This document shows, piece by piece, positions 28,129 to 37,778 of a DNA stretch of 64,000 bases. The notes below the pieces were generated by a model. The model had not been told where the DNA came from. It saw only the letters and a program-made list of their open reading frames with translations, and did no database searches. Every line of letters begins with the position of its first letter. Position 1 is the stretch's first letter. Location of the stretch: positions 1,460,079-1,524,078 of the forward strand of contig OY764017.1 in assembly GCA_963667795.1 (NCBI GenBank). The letters run 5' to 3'. The translations under genes and the position numbers were made by a program. The DNA comes from Christensenellaceae bacterium (lineage in GTDB: Bacteria; Bacillota; Clostridia; Christensenellales; CAG-138).

Positions 28129-28154
28129 ATCCATCAGAAAGGATTTTTAAACCT

Positions 28155-29129
28155 ATGTCAGATAGAATTCGCCGTATCGGCGTTCTCACAAGCGGCGGCG
28201 ACGCCCCCGGCATGAATGCCGCGATCCGCGCCGTCGTGCGCACCTGTGTTCTACACGACGTTATTCCCGTCGGCGTTCACCGTGGTTACAATGGATTGAT
28301 CCATTCGGATGTCGTCGAGTTGGACGCGCGTGCCGTCAACGGTATCACCTCCCGCGGCGGAACCATTCTGTATACCGCACGCAGCGAAGAATTCCGGACG
28401 GATGCGGGTGTTCAGGCCGCCGTTTCCAATTGCAAGTACCTCGGCATCGACGGCATCATCGCTATCGGTGGCGACGGCACATTCCGTGGCGCGCGCGAAC
28501 TGGCGAAATACGGCATCAACACCGTCGGCATCCCGGGTACGATTGATAACGACATCGGTTGTTCGCATTATTCCATCGGTTTCGACACGGCGGCAAACAC
28601 CGCAATCGAGGCGATCGACAAACTTTCCGACACCATGCAGTCCCACCAGCGCACATCCGTTGTTGAGATCATGGGTCGCGAGGCGGGTCATCTCGCCATC
28701 TATGTCGGTATCTCCGTCGGCGCAACCGCCATCATCATTCCGGAGCGCCCGTTCGATTTCCAGCGGGACGTGGTCGAGCATATCCGCGAAGGACAATACC
28801 GCGGGAAGCACCACCACCTCATCATCGTAGCTGAAGGCGTTGGCAACACCAATGAAATCGCGCAGCAAATTCGCGACGATCTCGGCCTCGATACGCGCGT
28901 GACCATCATTGGCCACGTACAGCGCGGCGGAAGCCCCTCCGCACGCGACCGCGTTATGGCAACGCGCATGGGACACCGTGCTGTGGAAGAAATTCTGGCG
29001 GGCAACTCAAATCTGGTTGTGTGTTATCGCAATTCACAAATTATGACACTCCCGATCGACGAGGCGCTTGAAATGGCCAAGGACCTTGACGAATATATGT
29101 ACCGCGTGGCGCAAGAAATCACGATTTAA
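28155..29129 (+). CDS. pfkA: ATP-dependent 6-phosphofructokinase
   Basis: 324 aa. RIGVLTSGGDAPGMNAAIRAVVR and GIPGTIDNDI motifs. Confidence 0.95.
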   Translation: MSDRIRRIGVLTSGGDAPGMNAAIRAVVRTCVLHDVIPVGVHRGYNGLIHSDVVELDARAVNGITSRGGTILYTARSEEFRTDAGVQAAVSNCKYLGIDGIIAIGGDGTFRGARELAKYGINTVGIPGTIDNDIGCSHYSIGFDTAANTAIEAIDKLSDTMQSHQRTSVVEIMGREAGHLAIYVGISVGATAIIIPERPFDFQRDVVEHIREGQYRGKHHHLIIVAEGVGNTNEIAQQIRDDLGLDTRVTIIGHVQRGGSPSARDRVMATRMGHRAVEEILAGNSNLVVCYRNSQIMTLPIDEALEMAKDLDEYMYRVAQEITI

Positions 29130-29137
29130 CGCACTGT

Positions 29138-29168
29138 AAAGCGCCCGGATTAAGTCCGGGCGCTTTTA
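29138..29168 (+). terminator. intrinsic terminator after pfkA
   Basis: GCGCCCGGA-ttaag-TCCGGGCGC followed by TTTT. Confidence 0.85.
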
Positions 29169-29196
29169 TCAATATTCAAAGCGGGAGAAAACTAGT

Positions 29197-29958
29197 ATGA
29201 TGTTTGATCAATATGGTGATGTGCATTCCCCCGTTCTTGTTTTGCTGCACGGCGCGGCAGCATTGGATACGTTCGCCAATCAATACGATATGCTCGCCGA
29301 CCATTTTCGCGTACTTGTGCCACATCTGCCCGGCGCGGGAAGTGCCGCGGCCGAGCCTTATGACCCACAGCAGACCTGCGACGCATTGGCGGAGTGGATC
29401 ACCTCGCTTAATGCCGGTAAAGTTGCGCTCATGGGGCATTCCGTCGGTGCGGAACTCGCATTCCGGCTCGTTTGCGAACACGAGTCTCTCTTTTCCAGCG
29501 CGGTGTTTCTCAGCCCGTGGCTGACGGCGAGCACACGCAGCACAAAACTCTACGCCGCAATCGCGAAGCTGACCCACTCCTCGCTGAAGCGCGAAAACTT
29601 GTTGCGAATGCAGGCAAAATACTGGCACCTAAACGAAGAGCAAACGCAAAAACTCGTTGCATACAGTGCGCGCATTCCGCTTGAAACATACGTTGCCTTC
29701 TTTGAAAAGCGTACACGCCTTGCCGACGAGCCGCAGTATTCGTCCGTCTCCATCCCTATGCTTGCCATGTGCGCAAGGGGTGATACGCGTGAAACGAAAG
29801 CGTCCATTCGTGCACTTGGGGAAAACAAAAACTGCCTGACGGTGATTTTCCCGCTGGGCAGTCATGATTTTGTTTTGCGTTGTGCCGACGAGTTGAACCC
29901 GATTTTGTTGGATTACCTGCTCGCCGATCATGCATCCGCATTCCTGCGCGGCCAGTAA
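29197..29958 (+). CDS. alpha/beta-fold hydrolase
   Basis: 253 aa. Nucleophile elbow GHSVGA; N-terminal VLVLLHG oxyanion region. Confidence 0.8.
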   Translation: MMFDQYGDVHSPVLVLLHGAAALDTFANQYDMLADHFRVLVPHLPGAGSAAAEPYDPQQTCDALAEWITSLNAGKVALMGHSVGAELAFRLVCEHESLFSSAVFLSPWLTASTRSTKLYAAIAKLTHSSLKRENLLRMQAKYWHLNEEQTQKLVAYSARIPLETYVAFFEKRTRLADEPQYSSVSIPMLAMCARGDTRETKASIRALGENKNCLTVIFPLGSHDFVLRCADELNPILLDYLLADHASAFLRGQ

Positions 29959-30470
29959 AAAATAATCGTAAACGGAATCACATTATGTTTTGTCAGGAAA
30001 CCGGCCATCGTGTCAAAATGATCTTCTTTCCCCGCAATTGCGTTTAAAAAACGAAAGCGGGGTTTTTCATTCTCAATCTGCGGAACGTTTTCATCTCGAT
30101 AGAACGAAACAAAATGAAAACCGCGCTTGTGTCGATAATAGATCACGCCCGCTTTCACAGTCTCCGGCAACACGGCGTTTTTGTTTCCCGTTACCGTAAC
30201 GCCCGTCCGGTAACCGCGTCGGGCCAGATAGACCCAGAGATGGAACAGCTCTGTTCCAAATAACCCGCGAAACAGCGTCCAGCGGATTAAATCCCCCGCT
30301 ACACGTCTCTCGGTTACGTTCTCTCCTTGCTGCTTCAAAAAGTTATACGCCGCAATCCAACCACATCCGTTAGCGCTACTTTTGCGCAGGCCATAGCGGA
30401 TGTTCGTCAGTTTGCCCTGGTACACGATATAGCCGTCTGAAGCATACGGCGTTTTCTCTTTAACGTCCAT
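29928..30470 (-). CDS. hypothetical protein, possible papain-fold (C39-like) cysteine peptidase
   Basis: 180 aa. Candidate Cys (SANGCGWIAAYN) and His (RGFHFVSF) contexts. There is a 31-nt convergent overlap with the hydrolase gene. Weak assignment. Confidence 0.35.
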   Translation of the reverse strand: MDVKEKTPYASDGYIVYQGKLTNIRYGLRKSSANGCGWIAAYNFLKQQGENVTERRVAGDLIRWTLFRGLFGTELFHLWVYLARRGYRTGVTVTGNKNAVLPETVKAGVIYYRHKRGFHFVSFYRDENVPQIENEKPRFRFLNAIAGKEDHFDTMAGFLTKHNVIPFTIIFYWPRRNADA

Positions 30471-30476
30471 AATTCC

Positions 30477-32243
30477 TTAGTACACCACACGATAAACAGT
30501 ATAGTTTACATCGATTACGTCTATTGCTTCCAGTCCGCTCGCGCCGTTGTGCTTTTTTAGATAGCGCAGCAACACCTGCAGATCGCTTGCTTCCGCATTG
30601 CCGAGCAAAAGCACATTATCCTGTCGGAACATATTCATCGTAAACGACTCGATCCCGTTTTGCTCGATTTGCAGCGTTTTCCAGCCGGAATACATGCCCG
30701 TGTCGCCCCAGTCGATCAGATTTGTCGGCTTCTCATCCGGATACACTTTGAACGCTTCATAGTTTTTTAATGACCACGGCGCATAGAGATATGCGTTTTC
30801 CGAATGCTCCATAACATATGTTTCCACACCGCGCACGTTCGCATTCAATTCCGATGGATCATATGTCCCAAGCCAGAGCCAACTTTTCGCCACGCTCCAG
30901 CCAAGCGCAGTCACGCTCAGCGCGATCAAGCCCATACGTAATATCTTTTTCAGTGCACGTTTTTTGCGCGGTGAATTTTCCGCGCGAATGCGCAGTGCAA
31001 GCGGCACACACGACGCCGCCATCGGGATTGCAATCACCTGAAACGAACGTACGATCAGCCGCTCTTTGATGCACAGAAAGAAGCAAAGCACAAATGCGCC
31101 AAATGCAAGGCCCAGGACGATCAACGCGTCCACAGTACGTTTCCTCCCCCGAAAAAACCAGACGAGCGACCAGAGCACCAGCAAGACCGGAAAAACCAGC
31201 ATATATTCCGCCGTGCCATTGCCGCGAAAGAACGTTTCCCCATAAGCAAGCGCACCTAAAAGTTGCTCCGAAACTCTTGGTTGCTCCGTTTGCGTGTGTT
31301 CGACAATCGCGTTCAATGCATCCGCCGTCACCTGATCGTCCAGATAGCACGACCACTCGACAAGATCGTAAGTCTCCTCATCCCAGCCAATCGTTGTAAA
31401 AAACGCAGGGTCTTCTTCGTAACGCACGTGCGGAAAATCCATATACTGCCCGCGCGCACTTTCAAACGCAGCGTATTCCGGCGGGTTCAGATTCGTATTC
31501 GCCCAGCCGTTGAGCAAAACCAGCGCAAGGAACAGCACCACGCCGGACAGGGCATATCCGCCCAATCGAAGGGTTGTCTTCTTCTTGTCCGGTTTTTGCA
31601 GATAAATCACATCGTTGAGCGCATGGTAAACGACCGCCGCCACCCAAAAACAAGCCAGCGAGTAGCCGGTTGAGTTTCGAAACAGAAAGCACAATGCCAT
31701 CAAAACGAGGCTTGAAACATACACGCCGCGCATACGCTTTGGTTTAATTTCATAGCGCGTGTCTGTCGAAAGCAGCCGTACGACACCTGCCGTACCGAGC
31801 AAACAGGCCGTCATTGTAAAGGAAAGACGCGCGACGGCATAGACGAATACCGTTGCATACAACAGCACGCTTGCGCTAAGCGCAAACAGCGGCTGTCGAC
31901 CTTCTCCAAGAATGGAAAAAAAGATCACCCAGAGCGAAACGCTGACCGCCAGCAGCTGAAGCACCGGCCACCATGGGATACCGGGAGTGATCGTGTATAA
32001 AAAGCTCGTTAGATAACCCAGCGGCAGGCTGATAAACCCATGTATAGGATAAGGATTGCCCGTAAAGTAACCCGCAAGTGTGTACATGATGTTTGTGTCG
32101 TCGTTGGTTAAAAATGTAACCGGAAACAGCGTCGCCGTCAGGCCGACCAGCACCAGCGTCAGGAGTGCGCTCACCAACATCCTGCCGGATTTTGTTTTGC
32201 ATATGCGTGTAATCAATCCAATTTTGTTGGAATTTTCGCTCAT
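30477..32243 (-). CDS. polytopic membrane protein, GT-C-like glycosyltransferase candidate (paralog 2)
   Basis: 588 aa with more than 10 TM segments. It has an early-loop FLTNDD motif and a C-terminal soluble domain with YPDEKPTNLIDWG and MFRQDNV, both shared with the upstream paralog. Confidence 0.55.
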   Translation of the reverse strand: MSENSNKIGLITRICKTKSGRMLVSALLTLVLVGLTATLFPVTFLTNDDTNIMYTLAGYFTGNPYPIHGFISLPLGYLTSFLYTITPGIPWWPVLQLLAVSVSLWVIFFSILGEGRQPLFALSASVLLYATVFVYAVARLSFTMTACLLGTAGVVRLLSTDTRYEIKPKRMRGVYVSSLVLMALCFLFRNSTGYSLACFWVAAVVYHALNDVIYLQKPDKKKTTLRLGGYALSGVVLFLALVLLNGWANTNLNPPEYAAFESARGQYMDFPHVRYEEDPAFFTTIGWDEETYDLVEWSCYLDDQVTADALNAIVEHTQTEQPRVSEQLLGALAYGETFFRGNGTAEYMLVFPVLLVLWSLVWFFRGRKRTVDALIVLGLAFGAFVLCFFLCIKERLIVRSFQVIAIPMAASCVPLALRIRAENSPRKKRALKKILRMGLIALSVTALGWSVAKSWLWLGTYDPSELNANVRGVETYVMEHSENAYLYAPWSLKNYEAFKVYPDEKPTNLIDWGDTGMYSGWKTLQIEQNGIESFTMNMFRQDNVLLLGNAEASDLQVLLRYLKKHNGASGLEAIDVIDVNYTVYRVVY

Positions 32244-34006
32244 GAATCCGCCTCGAACGCAAATTGAATCACAACGATATTGTCAATGATTGTTGCAACG
32301 GTGTCATATCCCGTTGCGCCGCATGTTTCCATCATGTATTCTGCAAACAGCTCAACATACCGGTCGCTTAAATCTCCAATGTAATAGACATTGTCCTGCC
32401 GGAACATGTCGGCTGCACAGGTGCTGCTGAGTTTGTTGACAGTGAGTTGTGCTTCCCTTGTGGCAGTGTTCATGTCACATCCGCCCCAGTCCATCAGGTT
32501 TGTCGGCTTTTCATCCGGGTAAACGCTCAGCGCATCCACATTGTTTGCGGCATAGACGTCCCGGACGTATACATTCTCCGGATGGTCGAGCGCATATGCA
32601 ACGACCGCCTGTGAGTTTGCCAGCATATCGTCCGACTCATAACTCATCACGGTGCGGAACACTTTGTAGCCAAAACCGAGCGATAGAACTACAGCGACCC
32701 CTACGATCAGTACACGAACGATGCGCGTTGCCGGTTTCTCGCTTGTCTGCTCCGCCGATTGGTATAGCGCCAGCGCACAAAGCCAGATTGCGACCGCTGC
32801 GGGAATGCAAACCGACATCCAAACGCGCAGATTGATCCGTCCCGCATAACAAAGGTATGCAATCAATACGCCTGTGCCGACCAAAAAGGCACTGCCAGCC
32901 GCAAACGCAAGCGCCCGCTTTCGGTTGAATAAAAACAATCCCAGCGCCGCCAGCCAGCTTGCGGCGACGATACCGCCGATGTAAACTGCCAGCGGATATG
33001 CACCGAGGAACGTCTTTAACACACTCAGCCCGTTCGAAATACGCTCTCCAATGCCCATTTGCATAAATTGAGAGCCCTGCACAATGGTGTTGAACGCCTC
33101 CGTCGTAACCCGTTCGTCCATGTAAAACCAACTGCCGACCAGCGCGTTAAGCGTTCCGTCCCAGCCGACGGACTCATACAACTCCGGGTTTTCACCGTAA
33201 CTGTCGTGTGGATAGTCCATAAACGAGGCGCGCGCTTCGTCATAGGCGGTAAATCCTTTCGGATTCTGTGCGCTGCGACCGATCGCGTTGACACCGGCCA
33301 GCACGACCGTGACCGCCGTCGCAGCCGCCAGATAGCGAAGCATACGTTTCGTCAAAGCCCGCCCGCCGTTCATTCCTGCTTCCACGGCGCGGTAAACCAA
33401 TGCGCCGCCGACAAAGCACGCCGCCGCAATGCCGGACGAATTGCGCACAAGCATGCTGCCCGCGAGCAAAACAACAGCAAACGTCAGATATCTGCGTTGT
33501 ATCTTTGGCGGGTCTTTTGAATCTACCGCAAGAGCCAACGCCACCGCACCGGAACCGATCACACCGGAGCTGATCGTAAACGTCACCAATACGATTCCGT
33601 AAAAATACAATCCTGCGCCGAGAGCCACGATCAACCCGATTACGAGCAACAATGGAACATTGTTGCGATGGCCGCTTTTCAACAAGGCCGCAAACACGGC
33701 AGACATGCCGAGAAGAACCGCAAACAGCTGCACAAGCAGCCACCACGGCAATTGCGGAATAATCGTATACAGTCCGCTGACGATAAACGCCATGATGCAG
33801 TTGATAAACGGATGTCCAAAAGACGGCATGCCACTGCGATATCCCGCAAGCGCCCAAGCAACGTTGAGATCGTCATTATCAAAGAATGTGATCGTCCGCG
33901 TTGCCGCCGCAAATACAATCAAAGCCAGCGCAGCGAAAAACGCAAAGCACCAGCGGAATCGTTCACTTCCATATCCTTTTTGAATCAGTACGCCAAGTTT
34001 TTTCAT
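32240..34006 (-). CDS. polytopic membrane protein, GT-C-like glycosyltransferase candidate (paralog 1)
   Basis: 588 aa, the same length and architecture as its neighbour (FFDNDD, YPDEKPTNLMDWG, MFRQDNV). 4-nt overlap with the paralog. Confidence 0.55.
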   Translation of the reverse strand: MKKLGVLIQKGYGSERFRWCFAFFAALALIVFAAATRTITFFDNDDLNVAWALAGYRSGMPSFGHPFINCIMAFIVSGLYTIIPQLPWWLLVQLFAVLLGMSAVFAALLKSGHRNNVPLLLVIGLIVALGAGLYFYGIVLVTFTISSGVIGSGAVALALAVDSKDPPKIQRRYLTFAVVLLAGSMLVRNSSGIAAACFVGGALVYRAVEAGMNGGRALTKRMLRYLAAATAVTVVLAGVNAIGRSAQNPKGFTAYDEARASFMDYPHDSYGENPELYESVGWDGTLNALVGSWFYMDERVTTEAFNTIVQGSQFMQMGIGERISNGLSVLKTFLGAYPLAVYIGGIVAASWLAALGLFLFNRKRALAFAAGSAFLVGTGVLIAYLCYAGRINLRVWMSVCIPAAVAIWLCALALYQSAEQTSEKPATRIVRVLIVGVAVVLSLGFGYKVFRTVMSYESDDMLANSQAVVAYALDHPENVYVRDVYAANNVDALSVYPDEKPTNLMDWGGCDMNTATREAQLTVNKLSSTCAADMFRQDNVYYIGDLSDRYVELFAEYMMETCGATGYDTVATIIDNIVVIQFAFEADS

Positions 34007-34019
34007 ATCGGTTACTCCA

Positions 34020-34373
34020 TTACAGCGGCAAGGAGAAAATCACAATACCGCAGAGAATTATGCCAAGGCCCAGCAACTTTTTACGGTTTGGTTTCTCCTT
34101 CATGACCAAATAGGCAAATACGGTAACAAAAATATAGGATGACGAATTCCAAACCGGCATCAGTGAAAGCGGCAGCACACGCAGCGCAATCACAGAGCAC
34201 AAAGACGATAAAAAGAAGATGAAGTACGCAAAGATCACCGGGAAATTCAAGTACTGTTTCAGCACAGTGTCATAGTGCTTCATCGCCGCTTTTTTCAGTA
34301 TGACCTGGCTCAGCGCCGCTATCAGCACGCCGAATACCATAATGGCAAAATTAAAAGCAAATCCGTCAAACAT
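34020..34373 (-). CDS. small EamA/SMR-like 4-TM protein (ArnE/ArnF-type flippase subunit candidate)
   Basis: 117 aa, hydrophobic. It overlaps the similar upstream gene by 8 nt. Confidence 0.6.
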   Translation of the reverse strand: MFDGFAFNFAIMVFGVLIAALSQVILKKAAMKHYDTVLKQYLNFPVIFAYFIFFLSSLCSVIALRVLPLSLMPVWNSSSYIFVTVFAYLVMKEKPNRKKLLGLGIILCGIVIFSLPL

Positions 34374-34746
34374 CGCTCGTCACCACCAGATAGATTCCGC
34401 CGAAGATGACAAGCACTCCGACCAGCATATTCCACGTAATCGTTTCATGAAAGATCAACACGCCGAACAGCATGCTCCAAAACATTACACTCGCGCGGTT
34501 TGCATAAACGGTGACCAGCGGCATCCGCTTTAAAAACTGTTGCCAACAGAGCGCATATACGCCCAGCAGGAAAACACTTGCACCGTAAAGCAATATCCAC
34601 GACCAGCTTAAAATCGCGTACTGCGCGGCAAACTTGGTTAACAGCGTGCTGCATGCGAACAGCAAAATTGCCAACTGCAAAAGCAGAATCAGACGCAAGT
34701 TCACACGTTTTTGCGACGCAACCTGCGGTTCGTTTTCAATGCTCAT
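34366..34746 (-). CDS. small EamA/SMR-like 4-TM protein (second flippase subunit candidate)
   Basis: 126 aa, hydrophobic. It overlaps the GT2 gene stop by 4 nt. Confidence 0.6.
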   Translation of the reverse strand: MSIENEPQVASQKRVNLRLILLLQLAILLFACSTLLTKFAAQYAILSWSWILLYGASVFLLGVYALCWQQFLKRMPLVTVYANRASVMFWSMLFGVLIFHETITWNMLVGVLVIFGGIYLVVTSDV

Positions 34747-35726
34747 GCGTCGTCCTCCGTATCAACGCTTGGCAGTTTTCCGTAGTATACATCCCGCACC
34801 ACATACTGCGGCGAACGGTTAATGCTGATGTAGATGCGCCCGATATACTCACCAACCAACCCTAACATCAGCATCAGCACTCCACCGACGACAAGGATGA
34901 CCGCCATCAGCGAAGAATAGCCGGCAAGAATCTCGGCAGGATTGACGATTTTTCGAATTACGATGATCAGGCCCCATAAAAAGCCGACGATTGCCGTAAA
35001 AAAGCCAAATACGGTCGCAAGCCGGAGCGGCTTGACCGAAAATGCAGTGAAACCGTTCATCCAGAGACTGACCAGTTTTTTAAAGGTGTAGGTTGTTCCG
35101 CCGTACAGACGGTCGCGCTCCTCCATGGGGATGTTTATGATGCGCCGTGTTGTGCGCAATACGAGCCCGGTCAGGTATGGATACGGGTTTTCGTAACGCA
35201 TGACCTCGTTGACGACGTACCGTCGCATGGCGAGGAAGTTATTGAAACGAACGTCTTTTGGTTTTTCAAGTATGATGCGCGTCATCCGTTCGTTAACCTT
35301 GCTGCCGATACTTTTGAAAAATCCCTGCTTCTTAACCGGATAATCGGCGATGGCGACATCATAATCCGTATCACCCGTAACGGGTTCCAGCAGATCGAAC
35401 ACGCGGTCCATCGGGCACTGTCCGTCGTCGTCCAGCACCACGACAATGTCGCCTTTGCTTAAACGAAACCCGGCCATCAACGCAGGAATTCGCCCCATGT
35501 TCTTGGCGAGATTGGCTGCCATAACGTGCTCGTTTGCGTCTGCCGCGTCGCGCAGAACGTCCCACACATTGTCCGGCGAGCTGTCGTTCACCAGAATCAG
35601 TTCATAATCATAAATGTTGCTTGTTTCAAACGTGGCTGCGATTTCGTCAACGACCGTCTGTATCGTGTGTTCGCTGCGATAGCACGCAATCACGAGGCTA
35701 ACTAAAGTCTTTTTCATGCTCTCCAT
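34743..35726 (-). CDS. family-2 glycosyltransferase, polyprenyl-phosphate sugar synthase type (GtrB/ArnC/DPM1-like)
   Basis: 327 aa. N-terminal GT-A features (SLVIACYRSE, VNDSSPD, LDDDGQ) plus two C-terminal TM helices. Confidence 0.85.
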   Translation of the reverse strand: MESMKKTLVSLVIACYRSEHTIQTVVDEIAATFETSNIYDYELILVNDSSPDNVWDVLRDAADANEHVMAANLAKNMGRIPALMAGFRLSKGDIVVVLDDDGQCPMDRVFDLLEPVTGDTDYDVAIADYPVKKQGFFKSIGSKVNERMTRIILEKPKDVRFNNFLAMRRYVVNEVMRYENPYPYLTGLVLRTTRRIINIPMEERDRLYGGTTYTFKKLVSLWMNGFTAFSVKPLRLATVFGFFTAIVGFLWGLIIVIRKIVNPAEILAGYSSLMAVILVVGGVLMLMLGLVGEYIGRIYISINRSPQYVVRDVYYGKLPSVDTEDDA

Positions 35727-36403
35727 CCCCAGATGTAATACGGCGCTTCGTCGCCGGTATTCAGTATCAAATCAAGAATCGACACGGCGTACTCACCCGC
35801 GCTGAACTGCTGCGGATAATCAGGATAGCCGGAATAGTCCTTCCAGATCAACTCGATACCGGCTTTGTTGTAATCGTCCGCCTGAATATAGTCCTTTGCC
35901 GCCGGGCCGGATACATAGGTCGTCGCGCCCGCGGACTGCAACATGGTTAAAAGTTTTTCGTGCTTGACGCCGTGGAAATCGAAATCCCGACTGTCGGCAA
36001 ATTTCGTTGTAATCCCCAGATAATCCCGCGAAATAGCCTCTATTAAATATCGGTCGAGTTCATAGAGATATTCCCATTTTCTTTCCAGATAGACATGCTC
36101 TAAAAACGGCCTGAGCTTTTCATAGTAAGGCGCTTTGCGATAGGACGCCCTTAGCATATCGAAGTGCTTTTTCTGCCAGGACGAATCATTCATCGTCACG
36201 TCCAGAATCAATCGGTGCTCATCGGTGCCGACCGGAATCGAAAGCCACTTAGTTCCGCCTTCAGTAACGATCTTGTTGCGGTTGCGCCAGTCGTTTTTCG
36301 TGTATTGCAAATCGTCATGGAAGATAAAAAGCTCCACGTCGTGGATGATGTCGAAATACCCGCGCCAGGGGATATAGTTGGACTGTAAAACAGCAACTTT
36401 CAT
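35714..36403 (-). CDS. WbqC-family protein
   Basis: MKVAVLQSNYIPWRGYFDII is the typical WbqC N-terminus. The ORF track extends to 36496, but ATG 36403 fits the family start. Confidence 0.8.
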   Translation of the reverse strand: MKVAVLQSNYIPWRGYFDIIHDVELFIFHDDLQYTKNDWRNRNKIVTEGGTKWLSIPVGTDEHRLILDVTMNDSSWQKKHFDMLRASYRKAPYYEKLRPFLEHVYLERKWEYLYELDRYLIEAISRDYLGITTKFADSRDFDFHGVKHEKLLTMLQSAGATTYVSGPAAKDYIQADDYNKAGIELIWKDYSGYPDYPQQFSAGEYAVSILDLILNTGDEAPYYIWGWRA

Positions 36404-36539
36404 AGTATATGTATGATCCTCTCGTTTCGTGCTTAACGTAGCCATATAAAATAAAAAACGGCGGTCAAGCAGGCTTCGTTGTATTTTTCCTTGCAAAGAA
36501 AAATACTAAAAGAACATTCCTCAAATTAACGTCTGGTTT

Positions 36540-36568
36540 ATTATATCGGATTCACCCCGCAATTTCAA
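36540..36568 (-). promoter_or_regulatory. candidate promoter of the wbqC-GT2-flippase-GT-C operon
   Basis: The minus strand reads TTGAAA, 17-nt spacer, TATAAT. Confidence 0.5.
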
Positions 36569-36599
36569 TTTCACAATCTGCTGCAGCGTGTCCGCAGAA

Positions 36600-36630
36600 T
36601 AAAAGCGCAGCATTCTGCGCTGCGCTTTTA
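36600..36630. terminator. hairpin terminator downstream of the epimerase gene
   Basis: AAAAGCGCAGC-attct-GCGCTGCGCTTTT, with A/T runs on both sides. Confidence 0.75.
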
Positions 36631-36664
36631 TAAAGTTCAGGTGCTGTACGTTGGAGATGAGCCG

Positions 36665-37675
36665 TTATGCAAAAATCGTCGGCTTGTCTTCCGGCTTGAT
36701 GAAATGGTAGCTCTTGTAAAGCCGCTGTTCCCATTCCTTCCGATAATCCGCATACATCACCTCAAGGTCGGTGAATTGCGGCGTCCAGTCCATGTCCCGC
36801 TTGATTTTTTCAATGCTGTAGGAATATCCGCGCCGCAGACTCGGTTTCTCCGGCTTCAGAATGATCTCGCTTACACCTTTATCCGTCGCAAACGCTTTTG
36901 CAACCGCCATCGCATCCTCAAGCTGGCTATGCGCCACGCCGCTTGCAACATTGTATACGCCCTTCGTGCCGTCCGGTGCATCGATCGACGCTTCGATTGC
37001 GCCAAGAACATCCTTAATATAAATGTGGTCGCGTTTGATGTTCGTGTCTCCCCATACTTCGATGGGCTTCCCTTCCAGCGCGCGGTCGATAAACACCTCG
37101 ATCGCCGTGCGCGTATAGCTGCCGTCTTTTTCAAGGAATCCCATCAATGCGCCGAATCCATGCACACCCGTAAAGCGCAGCACGATACAGTCCATGTTAA
37201 AATCCTTACTATACCATTGCAGGAAATTCTCCGCGGCAATCTTGCTGATGATATAGGGAGAGTGCGGCCCGACAAAGCACGGCAGGTCTTCTTCCGTAAT
37301 CGGCGTGTCACGCGTGATGTCCCAGTAAACCTTATGAGAGCTCGCCATCACGTAGCGTTTCACACCATTTTTGCGTGCAAACTCCAGCAGCTTGTAGTTG
37401 CCGGTCATGTTTACATCAAAAAACGCTTCCAGCGGCGCTTCATGCTCCGGCAGGCAGACGGCGAGGTTGACAACCGCCTCGATGTTTTCCGTCGGCAGTT
37501 TTTCGTAATCCGTGTCGTTGAGCAGGTCGAACTCCATAAACGGTACGCCCTGTTCCTTTAAAAACGCCGCGGCCTTCGGGTTGCGCCCGAGTGCGAGCAC
37601 GTCCCGTCCTTTTTTCGTCAGTTCCACGGCAAGATACTTTCCGACGTATCCTGTTGCACCGGCAATGATAATCAT
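36665..37675 (-). CDS. NAD-dependent sugar epimerase/dehydratase (SDR family)
   Basis: 336 aa. GATGYVG Rossmann motif; catalytic YxxxK (SPYIISK). Confidence 0.88.
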   Translation of the reverse strand: MIIIAGATGYVGKYLAVELTKKGRDVLALGRNPKAAAFLKEQGVPFMEFDLLNDTDYEKLPTENIEAVVNLAVCLPEHEAPLEAFFDVNMTGNYKLLEFARKNGVKRYVMASSHKVYWDITRDTPITEEDLPCFVGPHSPYIISKIAAENFLQWYSKDFNMDCIVLRFTGVHGFGALMGFLEKDGSYTRTAIEVFIDRALEGKPIEVWGDTNIKRDHIYIKDVLGAIEASIDAPDGTKGVYNVASGVAHSQLEDAMAVAKAFATDKGVSEIILKPEKPSLRRGYSYSIEKIKRDMDWTPQFTDLEVMYADYRKEWEQRLYKSYHFIKPEDKPTIFA

Positions 37676-37778
37676 CTGCTGGTTCGCTCCTTTTCATTTT
37701 TCGCTTTGGTGATACGTATCAGCCATCGTTTTCACGATAGCATCCCGCTGTTTATCGTGTCAAGCAAACAGGTTTCGT

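Noticed and set aside
36641-37561. 306-aa plus-strand ORF opposite the SDR epimerase
   Set aside because: The epimerase on the minus strand has GxxGxxG and YxxxK motifs. The plus-strand product has no features.
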